DNA from: Lepidodermella squamata
Taxonomy: Eukaryota; Animalia; Gastrotricha
DNA length: 64,000 nucleotides
NCBI GenBank assembly: GCA_047495785.1
Contig: JBLDXI010000015.1
Location: 558,001 to 622,000 of the forward strand
Reading direction: 5' to 3'
This document shows positions 37,621 to 51,300 of this stretch, piece by piece. The notes below the pieces were generated by a model, which was not told the DNA's origin, ran no database searches, and was given only the letters and a program-made list of their open reading frames with translations. Positions within the stretch are counted from its first letter, which is position 1, and the number at the start of each line of letters is the position of its first letter. The position numbers were made by a program, and so were the translations under genes.

Positions 37621-40332
37621 ATGAACCTCGTTTTCACGTTCCTCCTTTACAGCTTAACCCTAGCGTTTGTCCAAGCTGCGACTAAAATTGCTCTTAATGC
37701 ATCGATGCCGGCCTATGAAGCGTCCTATGACTTTGGAAATAGGACCAGCAATCGTACGAAGATTCACGTCCTCATGTCGATAACATACAGCGGGACCATC
37801 GGGATGGGCCCGCCATGCAGTGAAGCAAAAGGCATTGCTCTCGACCAGCTTAGAGCAAATCCCACCTGGCTGCCAGGGTACGAAGTCGTCCTAGATCTAA
37901 TAGACGACCAATGCCTCGACGCTGTAGCTCTTGAAAGTTATACCACGCGGCTCAGGTCTAATGATGACTCAAAACACCTTTTCCCCATATTGGTAGCCCC
38001 AGAGTGTGACGAGCAAATAGGACAAGTGATGTCTGCATCTCTTGTGAAGCAATTCAATTTCTTTGGGGTGAGTCCAATCTCAGGTTAGTGATTTTGTCAA
38101 TTGCTTCTCGATTTCTCAGATGACCTTAGCTCAAGGAACAAACAGGCTTTATCTAGAGAGAAATCGGTTCCCCAATTACTTCAATTTCGGCCAAAGAGGC
38201 GACATTCAATACATAGCCCTAGCGAAATTCATATCAAAAATGGGATGGGATAAAGTAGCAGTTGTATCCGTTCTTAGTTACTATTCGAATATGGTGAGCG
38301 TTTTTATGATTACACCACTGATAAGAGTAATATACATATTCTCAGATGGATCCCGGCCTTGTCATGGCTCTTGAATCCGAGAACATAAAGATATCCTACT
38401 TTGGAAAATTAAACACGTCGTTTGACGATATACCTGAGGTTAGAAGCGAGTTCGAGATGATGAAGCGAATCGACCCCAGGATTATTGTCAGCCAATCTGG
38501 AAGAACGACAGCTGTGGCGTGTTGGCTGTACATGATGGGCATGTATGGCCCTCAATATGTTGTATTCAGCCTATCCTGGTTCCCGTGGCTTTACCCGGGA
38601 ACTTCGATCTTCCCCCAGAACGTGGATTGGTGCAATGAGGAAATATTTCTTAAAGTTGCCCCTAGTTTCATTTACTACGGCGATACAGGACTGGGGCAAA
38701 TTCTTGGTCCGGATACAACTGATTCGACTGGCTTATCTGAGGTGGCGATGCGGGAGAAGTTGAAAGAGAGGATCGATCGACCTGAAACACATCCTACCTG
38801 GGAGTATTGGCCTGTTATTTGCTACGACAGAGCGCTAACAGTTGGATACCTTCTACATGAGACAGAGCGTGTCCTAAACGAGAGGAACGAGACTTTGATC
38901 GACTGGGTAACATCAGGCTGGAACTTCAGGACCAGAGGTAGCCAAGTTGTGGATGCAGTCAAGGAAGCTTCGTATAGGCTCAATATCACTGGCTTGAAGG
39001 GTGAGTATGGTATTAATCGTGCGACTAACCTCACTAAAGGTTACGTCCCTATCACCTTCACCCGGACCTTCGCAAACACTTCCGGATTCGCAACAGCAGC
39101 GTATCTCAAGCAGAATGAGAAAACGCCCATTAGAGTTCTTGGCCTAGAGTGGAAGACAAAAAATGGCCTGCCACCGCTTGACGAGGTGGAGAAAATCGAT
39201 ACTAATGTTCCAATGATTCCGAGAGCATCTAGCTATATTTTGATTATCATAGCTGCGTCTCAATCTCTTCTAATTCTTCTGAGTATATCTATAGGTTTCA
39301 TCAAAAAGCAGAGACTAACGGATCGATTCAAACAAATGCAGTTCAGAATTGCAGATTTTGTAATCTTAATTGGTGACCTGGCTTTGATAGCTTCGATATT
39401 TTTCATTCCTTTTGGAACTGGCGATGCATCAATCCAGGTGAATTGCACTATCATAGCATTTCTTTGGACTGGAGGCATTTCCATGATTTTTGCTGGGATT
39501 TCCTCTAAGTTGAATATTCAGGAGCTACTGATGCCGAATCTCGTACCATTTCAAAGCAGAGCTTACAGCACGTTTAGCAACATCCCAGCTATCCGAATGG
39601 TAGAGGATGAATCTTGTTTAAGTAGAGCAGTAAATTCCTTAATCAATAGTACGAAGCTCTTCTCAGCCTGTTGGACTATCAGCCAGATAGGTATAATAGC
39701 GATTCTTATAGCCGTGAGGCCAATTCAGGCGACACCGCACTTCACAGGCCAGACGTTAGAAGGATCAGATTCTAGTGTTATCATCCGGCCTTATTACTAC
39801 AAATGTCAGGTTTTAAAGTCATTCTTCGACAGTTTGGACGGACTTGCGATCGCATCCATCGCAGTCTTACTGCAATTTGGACTACTGTTTCGCATATGCT
39901 TTCAGGTATACAACGTTCAAACATCTAAGGTAAGTATCGATTTCCCGGGTTGATATCACCCCCATTGAATTTTATTTCGGAAATTGCAGCGCTTGAGACG
40001 ATCCTTTCGAGGTCGAGACGTGCGTAACATGGCGAGATTTGTCTACTGCAAAATCTCGCTGATCGTAGCTGCGATTGCATTGGCTTTCATGAGTCCGCCC
40101 TATCAAACTGAGTATCAGCCTGTTCTGCTAGCTTCCTTCGCTATGGCATTTACCGCGGCTAATTTTGTTCCCGTCGTCATTATGAAGGTATGAATGATGA
40201 TGAACGATGAGTTTTGATTAGCTCATGCGACTCTCATGCGACTGTCCTCTCACTTTTCAGATGCTGATCAAAACTCGGACACTTGTCGTGCTAGCAGGGC
40301 ATGTCGAAATCGGGAGGGCACATCCGTCTTGA
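37621..40332 (+). CDS. GABA-B-like class C GPCR, copy 1
   Basis: Signal peptide; Venus-flytrap domain (WLPGYEVVL..DDQC, RFPNYF, MGWDKVA, CWLYMMGMYGPQYV, YDRA, ITGLKGE) with no cysteine-rich domain; seven hydrophobic segments with TM3 Cys and ECL2 YYKC. Five exons, the last 40261-40332. Confidence 0.88.
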
Positions 40333-40729
40333 TGAATGCTGGCTTAGATTATTCCATGTCAAATCCCAAATTACTGCCAAAATGGAAGTTGACGCCGGAT
40401 ATTTTTGATTTTTTAGTTTGAAGTTGGGATGAAATGAATAATTCAGCTCTGTTGACCGGATTTTTCTTCGCCATCCAATGTCCAGCTTCATCCAATTCCA
40501 TGCATTGAGAAAAAATTTAATCACTCGAAAGCGTCCGTTTTAAAGAAAAAGGCTGAAGGGATGATACAACATACACGTCGAAATTTGATCTAAAGAGGTT
40601 GCTGATATCATTGATGATTGATCAAATCACATTTTTTACCTCAGGCCGTAAACAAATGAAATGAACATGTAAACTGCAACGAAAATTCAATATACAAATT
40701 GCCAACTGCTCTAAAGATGAAGTAATCCC

Positions 40730-40780
40730 AATGCTCTAATGCTCCAATGCTCCAATGCTAAAAAAAGCTCTAATGCTAAA
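40730..40780. repeat. Short 8-bp tandem repeat (CAATGCTC/TAATGCTC)
   Basis: caatgctctaatgctccaatgctccaatgctaaaaaaagctctaatgctaaa. Confidence 0.7.
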
Positions 40781-42325
40781 CGTGGCTAACAATCCAGATA
40801 GACCGCCGCGATTTTTCTCAAGAAGTAGATTCGCGACCTGGTTAACATGCCGCTGAGATCACCTGCGATTTTGAAACCGGCCTTCCTTGCAGCTATCAGA
40901 GCCCAATTCGATGACGCCGCTATTTAAGGCTCGTACAAGCCCTACAGGGGCGTAACCAGGAAATTCTTTTGGTAGTTGTTATGGATTTGAGAGTGAAATT
41001 TGCATTTTCTTAGGATAATCTAAGGTCGGAAAATAGGAAATATTGAAAATGTCTGGATTTCGGGCAAAGCGAGACTTTTTTGACAACTTTGCCAACATTT
41101 CGTCAAGTTTATAAGCCATTTTATAGGGAAAATAGGCCTAAGAGGGGTTTTTGAGATTTCATTTTGGTAGCTGTTTGAACGATTGGTTGATATCGTTAGC
41201 TAATGAAAATGGTTCAGACAGTGTTCCAATTTTTGCCCACTGAACCACGCTCAGTGGCAGAAACAAAAACATATTCCTTATATTGAAACCGTTGAGTAAT
41301 GGGGTAGGGGTATAGTTAATCGGCGTTCACTTTTAAGGTCTTGTGAAGCCGGCCAGGTATTTTTTAGTTGAAAATTCGCAATTTTTGTGGTTATAAATCT
41401 AAAATTTGTCATTCTCATTAGATCCGATTATTAATCTGGAACATGCCCGAAAGGTAGTTAGAAGGAGACCTAAAATTTCTTCCAACTAAAAAAAAACCCG
41501 CTTCGAGATGCTAATTTTTTTAATTTTCAGGGCTAAATCGGCTAGAAAAATCGCTCGCATTCTAATTTCTTAATTGTCCCGCATTATACTTACTCCCCTA
41601 GAACAGCATCGAAGTCTTGAAGCTTTAAGCTTCAGGAAATTACATCAGTGAATTTTTAATCAAGTATTAACTAGTTTCGCGAATTTTGCTAATGGAAACT
41701 ATTGCGTAGTCAAAAAAACTTCGGAAGAATACAGTTGTTTCCAAATTGCGAACACTTTTTCGCAATTTCTTCTCAGTGACAAACACTTTCAAGTTACGAA
41801 AAAAATCGGAGGTCTGGTTTCAGTAATGAGTAACATTTGCTCTGCTTTTTTCAGTTTCAGACATGTGGACAGCAAAAAAAATCTACCGTACTGCCCGAAA
41901 AGTTAGTCAGCCTCAATTATAAGACGGGGTCCAAGGGTCATTCGAAATAATAAAGGTCAGGCCTCAAATAGTCCCAGAAATGTCAAAACCTATTTGGATC
42001 TCATTTCGTTAACGAGAAACGTTTCTGTCTGGTCCAAAGTGAAAATCTTGGTTAACGGAGCGATATTGACATAACTCCTTGCTAAGATTATGGTCCAATT
42101 TAGCTTTATGTTAGCGTTTTAAATGGCAAAAAACGCTAAAAGCTGGGAAATAGCATTTGGCATATTTCTGATTTATTTTTACTACCACCGCCTGTTACGG
42201 CGCTCTCGGCGCGATTACATAGCCTCATAGACTTAGAAATTTATGATGCAATCAACAATGTAAAAAGGCGATATAAAATGAACGGTAGAAAAGATAATAT
42301 GCCGTTTCTCTAAAAAGAGTGCTGG

Positions 42326-45235
42326 TTATAAAACGACTTGTAGCCAGTCCCGTGGGTCGTGTGAGAGGCTCAGCTGGCTAGGTTTTGAAACTTCACGTAA
42401 ATGCCAAGCTGGGCACTTATCGGCAAGTACTTTGCGAGCGTCTTCTGACGTTGGGCGGATACCGCAGACGTAGTTGATGTAGTCCGCCGTATCTAGACCT
42501 GCTGCTAAGCAGCGTTCGCCATAGCGTTTGAAGGCACCAAGGAAGACATCCTCAATGGAGTCGACTCCGGCGTAAGCGATGACGTCTATTACTTCCGTTT
42601 CGAAGGGCAGATCAAACAAGGCTCGAAGGCAGTGGGCTTGGATTTCCAACAGTTTTGCAACCGAGGAGGGCGCAAGGCAACGAAGGGCAGGGGCTCCATA
42701 GGCAACCAAGGACTCCAGGACTGTTTTATAAAAGAGCACACAAAGGTTTTTAGGCAAAACATGCCGCTTGGCCAAGGCGTAGAGGGCGCCAAGGCGAGGC
42801 TTCAGTTTTGAGGCAATTATTTCAAGATGGTAATTCCAACTTAGCTGGGGCGTGAGATAAATCCCGAGGTAGCGTGCGCGGTTGACCTGAGGCAGGGGCT
42901 GGCCATATAGCTCAAAGCGTACTTCAGGAGGCGAGTTGCCATATCTACCGAAGACGATCACTTCACACTTCCCCGGGCTTAAGCGAAGCCGCCATTTGTT
43001 GCACCACACTTCGATTGAGCGTAGGCGCTTTCTTAGCCTCGCGACGCTGGCTGCAATCGAGTAGCCGAAGGTCCAGATTAGGGAGTCGTCAGCAAATGTG
43101 CCTTTTGCGACAGATCTGGTGGCGTCTTGCGGCGAGGAACCTTTTGGCTGAATGTCCATGGCATAAAAGATAAAAAGTAGAGGTGATAAAGGCGACCCCT
43201 GCGGTACGCCGCAAAAAATATCTCTGCTTGCACTTAGACTGCTGCCAACCCTTACTTGAAACGAGCGTTCTCTTAAGAAGTCCGAAATCCATCATACCAA
43301 TGGAATCGGCAAACCTGATTGTTTTAGTTTTAGCCGCAAGCCGTTATGCCATATAACATCAAATGCAGCCTTGAAATCCAAGAGAATAGCGACCAGCTTT
43401 TGTCGTTTTGATATGGCTAGACCGATGTCGCTGATGAACCGGAACACAGGGTCGATGGTTGACCTAAGAGACCTGAAACCATACTGGTGGGATGGAAGCA
43501 ATTTGTTTATTTCGAGAAAACGATAGAGAAATTTCGCTACGATTACTTCGAGCCCTTTGCCGAGTGATGGCAGAAGGGACACCGGTCGGTAAGAGTCTGG
43601 CAAACAAGAATCCTTCCCCTCTTTGAGTATGGGCACTATAATCGCGATTTTCCAAGCACGGGGTACATACCCGGAGTTCAAACTCACTTTGTAGAGATAC
43701 CTTAGATGGCCTACCAGAGCTGAGCCGCCTTTCTTGAGCAAGATATTTGAGACATTGTCATGACCAGGGGCCTTCCATTTCAGCTGCCTGAGCATTTGCT
43801 TTACCGCCCATTTTGGGACTTTTATAGACTGATTTCGGGGCACTGTCGGAAAAGGTTTCATCGTTTCATCACTGGCCATTGCAGCATCTGTTTCATTCCA
43901 GAATTTGACATCTTCTGGCTTGGTCGACGTAGCTGGTGGGCCTTTCAGAACTTCGGAGAAAGTTTCGGCAAGTAACTCGCACTTTTCGCCGTCGTCGATG
44001 ACATTTAGTCCTAGAGCGTTTCTCAGCACAGCGATCTTGCGATGGCGACGCCGCGATGAGAGTTTGGAGTTCACAGCTTGCCACGCTGGTCTGGGCTTAT
44101 TTTCCTCAAAAAGTTTTACCAGTCTTATGAGGAAGAGTTCACATTGCTTGATTTTTTGAGCTATAATTAAGTGTTTAATCTGTTTGTTTAACCTATTGCA
44201 TTCGGTCTTGACTTGTGGGTCGCGAGTGCGATCATATAGCCTTTGCATTTTATTACGCTGTTCCAGCTTGGTAGCTATTTCTGGCGTTAAGCGCCAAGTA
44301 GGTAGAGATTTTTCCGTGCAAGTTGGTATCGTTTCTTTGGCCGCCATGCTGATGGCTTCAATTATCGCGTTTAGGTATAAATCTATCTTACTTACCGGAT
44401 CGCCGGGCATGGGCTTTAAAGGAAGAGCGAGAATTGATAATAAAACTTTTAATTTTTCGGAGAATTTTTTCCAATTGGCTTTATAGAAATTCAATCTCGG
44501 TTCATTACCGTTTGGCCGAGGGGGCTCCGAGGTGGTGCTGAAATCGACATTCAACACTGTCGCACAGTGGTCGCTACCAAACTTGTCCGCCACCATGGGC
44601 GGTTGGGTCAACATCGACAAGGCTGCCTGATTGGCGAGCCAAATGTCCAACTGCCGACCTCGTCCCTGAGGTGAGAAATGCGTCGGCTGGCCGGAGCTAA
44701 TAAGAGTGTGACCCTCGCGGTCCAGCCAGTCGACCATGACCGCCCCCGAGGCATTGATCGAATCGTCCGGCCTGGAAAGCCGTGGGTGCCAACAGTTGAG
44801 GTCGCCAGCTAGCACGCATGGCTCGTCGGAGTCGACTACGCCACCTAGTGCTAAGGAAAGAAACGAAACGTCAAGTGGATAGCCGGGGGAGCTATACCCC
44901 GTTGCAACCGTTAGCGTTTTCCCGTGTTTGTTTACCAGTTTGAGAGCGAGCCATTCGCTATGTGTGGTATTGTGTGAATAGAACTCACTTACCCTGATCG
45001 AGTTTTTGACCGCAATCGCAACTCCCCCGTAGGCTACGTTGTTGCCAGCTTTTTGTTCCCTACCTACACGAAAAATGACAAAGCCTGGGATTTCGAAATT
45101 ATCATTAGATGAGAGCCACGTTTCATTGATTAGGACAATGTCTAGAAAGAGCGATTGGATAAGAAATAATAGTTCAACTAGTCTATCTATGATTTTGGAA
45201 CCGTGGCCTTTGTTCCACTGTCCTATCCTAAACAT
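42326..45235 (-). pseudogene. LINE ORF2 (AP endonuclease + reverse transcriptase) with one in-frame TGA at 43292-43294
   Basis: APE motifs (QWN, INETWL, GGVAI, GDLNCWH, LDIWL, SDH) and RT motifs (YRPVSLL, QYGFR, LDFKAAFD, GVPQGSPLSP, FADD, YLGI). The frame continues through PLV*WISDFL. Confidence 0.92.
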
Positions 45236-46844
45236 TGTTTAAATTTGACGATCTACCTTTGCCGTTTGGCTTCGAGCTGCTCTTGGAGTCGTCCTTGGCA
45301 TGCTGCATGGGGACATCCCGGGCCGTTTCGGTGACTAGGTCGCCGTCGTTGATGCTCACATGGACAAATGATTTGTTACCCTTAAGCAGAGCTATGAGTT
45401 CCGTCATTTTGGTTTCTAGCGCTTCAATACGCTGAGCCTGCCTGGTAAGCACTTCGGCGATCACGGAGTCAACCTGAGTTTTCAACTTCTTTAGCACTGC
45501 GTTGGTGATCTGTTCGATTTTAGCGTCATCAATCTGAACCAGAGACTCCTGTCCTGAGGGAGCTTGCGTGCTGGCAGCTGATGCCAGCTTGTTCGTCTTC
45601 ACTTGCTGAAGCTCTAGCCATACGTTCTTGACAGGCGGCGGGGCAGCGACGGGCGTCGGCCTTGCACCGTCGGCTTGCTGCTGTGCTGTGTCGGACCCTA
45701 AAATTTTGTGGATTGCGGACCTATTCTTGGCTTCGAGTTTACTCCAAGCATCTCGTACTGCCTTGCAGCCAAACCAGCCAGACGAGTGCAGACCATCGCA
45801 GTTCGCACACTTCCGGAAGGCTTCGTTGCCAGCTTTCTTGCACTCATGAGTGATGTGGGCGCCAGCGCACCAGCCGCATTTAGCAGCCTTCGCCTTGCAG
45901 GCTGTTGTGAGATGCTCGAAGGATTGGCAGTAGTTGCACCTGGGCGGGTTGACCTTGGCTTTCATTTCTTTGCCGAAGATTTGCCATATTTTCTGCCAAC
46001 GTAACCCATTGTTTAGAACATTCCAAGCTATAGCCTTAGATTTGAAAAAGCAGATAACAGTTTGATGATCGTTTTTCGAGGTGACCACCACGTCCTCAAC
46101 GTAATCTGACCAGTTGGCCTTGACTTCTTCAGCGCTCACTTCGTTCGGGAAATTAGTACAGATCACAGCCCTGCCCTCGACGATTGCCTTTTGGTGGAGA
46201 CTGGACGTGTCGTTCGCCGCGGCTGGGGGAGTTTCATTCGGGAAGATCTCGTAGTATCGCTTGGATCTGTGGACCCTCGCTTTGCCACCGAAGAGCGTCG
46301 GCGGCCAGTCCCGCTTCTCCAGCGCGGCCTTCGCCATCTCGGCCTCAATGAATGTTACCCGAATGCCACCTCTGGCTAATACCTTGATTTTGTAACACAC
46401 GTAATTGCCCTCGGGGAGACGCTGAAGTTCGTCCTGAACCGCCTTCTGATCGGTAAAGTTTGGCGGGACATTGTCAATTACAACAGTTCGCAGCTCTATT
46501 GCTTGATCACGGTTTTGGGCTTGCTTCACGGCGGTATTGGGCCCCTGTCCATGTGGGACCTCCCGGCGAGTGGCCACTTTTCGGTTGCGGCCGGGGGTAC
46601 TATCGGACCCGAACGAGGTGTTGCCCATTTCGGCTTCGCCTTCATTTCCGAGACGGAATTTCTTACCCTTTTTATTTGCGACCACCTGAAAATCGCTGTC
46701 GTCGGCTAGCCCGTCATCAGTTGATACCCTTGGCTCTTCGACAGACGCGTCCAGGTCGATTTCAGTAGCTTGGCTTATTGATTCGGTGAGGTCGTGGAAG
46801 ACCTCGCCGTCGTCGTCCGAAAAAGTTGACGGCTTAGCCATCAT
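45228..46844 (-). CDS. LINE ORF1 (gag-like nucleic-acid binding protein), 538 aa
   Basis: Knuckles CNYCQSFEHLTTAC, CGWCAGAHITHEC, CANCDGLHSSGWFGC; overlaps the ORF2 start by 8 nt. Confidence 0.92.
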   Translation of the reverse strand: MMAKPSTFSDDDGEVFHDLTESISQATEIDLDASVEEPRVSTDDGLADDSDFQVVANKKGKKFRLGNEGEAEMGNTSFGSDSTPGRNRKVATRREVPHGQGPNTAVKQAQNRDQAIELRTVVIDNVPPNFTDQKAVQDELQRLPEGNYVCYKIKVLARGGIRVTFIEAEMAKAALEKRDWPPTLFGGKARVHRSKRYYEIFPNETPPAAANDTSSLHQKAIVEGRAVICTNFPNEVSAEEVKANWSDYVEDVVVTSKNDHQTVICFFKSKAIAWNVLNNGLRWQKIWQIFGKEMKAKVNPPRCNYCQSFEHLTTACKAKAAKCGWCAGAHITHECKKAGNEAFRKCANCDGLHSSGWFGCKAVRDAWSKLEAKNRSAIHKILGSDTAQQQADGARPTPVAAPPPVKNVWLELQQVKTNKLASAASTQAPSGQESLVQIDDAKIEQITNAVLKKLKTQVDSVIAEVLTRQAQRIEALETKMTELIALLKGNKSFVHVSINDGDLVTETARDVPMQHAKDDSKSSSKPNGKGRSSNLNNV

Positions 46845-48368
46845 AGAGGGATTGTAATAGGGAACAAGCTGGGTTAAGCCCGGCTTGGAATTATTTAGAA
46901 GAGGTTGGGTAATTAGGAAATATAGATGATTAATTTATTGGCTTAGTGCCAGTATAGTAAATTGTAAGCTAAAGGGCTGAAAGAAAAGTCAAGTTAAGAA
47001 AAAAAAGAGAGAAAAATCCACGTGCTTTTCAAAACGAAAAAATTGCTTTTTATAAAAATGAATTACTCAAATCTCATCCAAATCTAACGAGGATTTCAGG
47101 AATGTTTACAACAGACTAGATCTATCGACTGGTGAAACCTGCTCCGAAGAATTCCTCATCGTTTCAGATTTATCACAAAAAACTATCATCCGTACTTTAG
47201 GTATCCGCATAGATGCCCATGTACAACACATCACTATTCGGAGCCTATACAATATGCGCGATTGTACAGCACACATAAAACCACTGCCGTAGCAATTATC
47301 TAGCGGACAATAACCGTCGAGCCTCGATAAATTTCAGCTAGGTTTCATTCAATATCTTTTTTATTACGAGGATGATGTCATGTTTTTATGAAAAAGCTGA
47401 TTAATCAGGCTCTGAAGCTAACAATTTCTCAATTACCGTGCCTGAATTTTTCAAAAGCGGCTGATCACTGGAAAGTTTCTGCTTTTACTTAATGCTTAAT
47501 TTGTCGATAAATCGTTGGTTGATCAGTCTCCAGCATTTGCATCAACGTTTCGTTCACGTTGCATGAATACAAGGCCCCGACTGCACTAGTTGAGAAAGAA
47601 TGACGTGGTTTACCCACAGGCAAATGTTCCCCATCGAGTGAGGACGGAAGATTACGGGGACTTGACGTAGAAATTTGATTTCGTGGATAATTAATCGAAA
47701 TTTCCGCGAAATTAATGCGAAATTAATGCGAAGAAATCGGTGAAAACGGGTCAACTTGCCGACCATCCCTCTCGAATACCCCAGGATGGAATTTCGATCT
47801 ATCCGTATCGTCAGATAACTCAAGATGTGCCCTACAAACATATTGATTTAGGAATTTTTGCTTTGAAAATTCGCTAAAAGTTGAATTCGATGAATTCTTG
47901 ATCGCCGCTTGAGGAATATTGCTTTCCGATGTTGGCTACAAGGTTTTGAGACCAGGACGCCGATATCTTGCATGGTCAGGACATACAAGCAATTTGAAAA
48001 TGGTCAGCCTCAGAATGAAATTGAGATTTTTTTAAACTTGAAGGTTCTTCATCATTCTTTGATCCAAAAAAAAATGCCACCGTGTCCGCCATAGTCTCAT
48101 AGACCTCTGATTAAATTTTTTTGAGTTCGAAATTGAAAAAACGACGCTACTGCAATTATACGATACCGGCCACCCTATCCGCCCAGACTTATACAGGCAT
48201 AGTCCGTAATATTTGTGCTGCAAAGACTTTCGCGAGTGAAAACTGGAATAGCTGAATTCAGATCTGAATGCTGAGCCTCTGAAACTTTTTCAAACCAAAT
48301 TTTCTTGGTGATATAGTAGGCGAGGGAGAATCTTGGGGTAATTCATGTGAGTTATTTAGAATCTAGAA

Positions 48369-51300
48369 TTTTTTTGGTTGTCCTGCCGTATTTGATTCGT
48401 TTTTTTAATATGGACGCGTAGTGGTTCCACTCGTGAGACCCTAAGATCCTAAATTATCCACATTAATATTTAATCACTCCGCTTTCATCGCATTTTTGAG
48501 ATTACGCGAGTAACACAGACCTGCTTCGATCGCAGAGTCATTACGGCATAGCTCTACTGCTGGGCTGAAATAGCAAAGCCGCCTCACGTGCGAATTTTCT
48601 GATCTCACTTAAGCTAATAAAATCGTCCTCGACCAAAAGACAACGTGACTTATGCTCCAATCAAACACAGAAATCCTTTAAAACACCTCGGATGTTTAAT
48701 GCTTTGCCTCCAGTCTCGAAATGATTTTCATCTTCCTCCTTTTCGGCTCAAGCTTACAGTTTCTCCAGGCAAAAGCTAAACTCGCTCTTAATGCATCGAT
48801 GCCGGCATACGAAGCGTCCTATGACTTTGGAAATAGGACGAGCAATCGCACGAAGATTCACGTCCTAATGTCGATAACATACAGTGGGTCTTTCGAGATG
48901 GGCCCGCCGTGCAGTGAAGCGAAAGGCATTGCTCTTGACCAGCTTAGATCCAATCCCAACTGGCTGCCAGAGTACGAGGTCGTGCTAGATCTAATTGACG
49001 ACCAATGCGCCGATGCTGTAGCTCTAGATAGCTATACCAAACGGCTGAGGTCGATCGACGACTCAAAACACCTTTTCCCCATATTGGTAGCCCCAGAGTG
49101 TGACGAGCAAATAGGTCAAGTGATGTCTGCATCTCTGGTGAAACAATTCAATTTTTTTGGCGTAAGTCCCGTTCCAGTTAGAAATTTTATTCAATTTCTT
49201 CTCAATTTCTCAGATGACCTTAGCTCAAGGATCAAACAGGCTTTACCTAGAGAGGAATCGGTTTCCTAACTACTTCAATTTCGGCCAAAGAGGCGACATT
49301 CAATACATAGCCCTAGCGAAATTCATATCGAACATGGGATGGGATAAAGTAGCAGTTATTTCCATTTTTCAATACTACTCAAATATGGTGAGCTATAGAG
49401 GATTCTGGATTGATATTAGTATTATTGATTTTTTCAGATGGATCCTGGTCTTGTGATGGCTCTTGAATCCGAGAACATAACGATATCCTACTTCGGAAAA
49501 TTTGACATGTCCTATGACGACATACCCGAGGTTAGAAACGAGTTCGAGACGATGAAGCGAATCGACCCCAGGATTATCATCAACCAGAATGGAAGAACAA
49601 CAGCTTTAGCGTGCTGGCTGTACATGATGGGCATGTATGGCCCTCAATATGTTGTATTCAGCCTTTCATGGTTCCCTTGGCTTTACCCGGGCGTTCCGAT
49701 GTACCCCGAGAACGTGGATTGGTGCAATGAGGAGAGAGTTCTAAAAGTTGCCCCTAGTTTTATCTACTACGGCGATACAGGTCTTGGGCAAATTCTTGGT
49801 CCTGAAACTACTGATTCGACTGGCCTATCGGAGGTGGCGATGCGGGAGAAGTTGAAAGAAAGGATCGAGAGGCCTGAAACCCATATAAACTGGGAGTATT
49901 GGCCTGTTATTTGCTACGACAGAGCGCTGACGGTAGGATATCTTCTACATGAGACAGAGCGTGTCCTAAACGAGAGGAACGAGACATTGATCGACTGGGT
50001 AACCTCAGGCCAGAATTTCAAGGCCAGAGGTAGCGCAATTGTAGAATCGATCAAAGAAGCTTCGTATAGGCTCAATATCACTGGCTTGAAGGGTGAGTAT
50101 GGCATTAAGCGTGAAACTAACTTGACCAAAGGATACGTCCCAATTACCTTCACCCGAACTTTTGCAAACAATTCCGGATTCGCAACAGCAGCGTATCTGA
50201 AGCAAAATGAGAAGAACCCTATGAGAGTTCTTGATCTAGTGTGGAGGACAAAAAACAGCTTGCCACCTACGGACGAGGTGGAGAAAATCGATGTTAATGT
50301 ACCAATGATTCCGCGAACATCTAGTTATATTTTGATTGTGATAGCTGCGGCTCAATGTTTCTTGATTATTTCGAGTATATCCATCGGTTTCATCAAGAAA
50401 CGGAGACTAACGGATCGTTTCAAACAAATGCAGTTCAGGAGTGCCGACTTTATAATCCTAAGTGGAGACCTAGTGTTAATGGTTTCCATATTTTTTATTC
50501 CTCTCGGAACTGGCGATGCATCGATTCAGGTGAATTGCACTGCCATAGCATTTCTTTGGGCTGCAGGAATTTCAATGATTTTCGCTGGCATATCCTCAAA
50601 GTTAAACATCCAAGAGCTACTAATGCCGAACCCTGTCTCATTTCAAAGCAGAGCGTATAGCTCGATCAGCAATACCCCAGCTATCCGTATGGTAGATGAG
50701 GAATCTAGCTTTAGTAGAGCAGTTAATTCCTTCCTCAATAGTACGAAGCTATTCTCAGCCTGTTGGACTATGACCCAATTAGGTATCATAGCGATACTTA
50801 TAGCCGTGAGGCCAATTCAGGCGACACCGCACTTCACAGGCCAGGCACTAGAAGGATCAGATTCTAGTGTTATCATCCGGCCTTATTACTACAAATGCCA
50901 GGTTTTAAAGTCATTCTTCGAAAGTTTGGACGGACTTGCGATCGCATCCATCGCGGTCTTACTGCAATTCGGACTGCTGTTCCGCATATGCTTTCAAGTA
51001 TACAGTGTTCAAACATCCAAGGTAAGTATCGATTTCCTGAGTCGCAAATCACCGACAGTCTTGATTTTTACACCCCACATTTTAGCGCTTGAAGCGATCT
51101 TTTCGAGGTCGAGACGTGCGTAATATGGCGAGATTTGTCTACTGCAAAATCTCACTAATCGTAGCTGCAATCGCGTTGGCGTTCATGAGCCCGCCGTATC
51201 AAACCGAATATCAGCCTGTTCTACTAGCTTCCTTTGCCATGGCATTCACAGCGGCTAATTTTGTTCCTGTCGTCATTATGAAGGTATGAAAGATGACACA

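Larger units (their letters stand above)
42172..47035 (-). mobile_element. Near-intact full-length Jockey/I-group non-LTR retrotransposon (~4.9 kb)
   Basis: ORF1 with three CCHC knuckles; ORF2 with APE + RT and no RNase H seen. Minus-strand AATAAA at 42172-42177; 5' UTR near 47020. Ends are approximate; no clear TSD or poly(A) tail. Confidence 0.9.

Noticed and set aside
40946-42170. CAGGGGCGTAACCAGG resembling a DNA-transposon end, followed by AT-rich DNA
   Set aside because: No matching opposite TIR found in the window.
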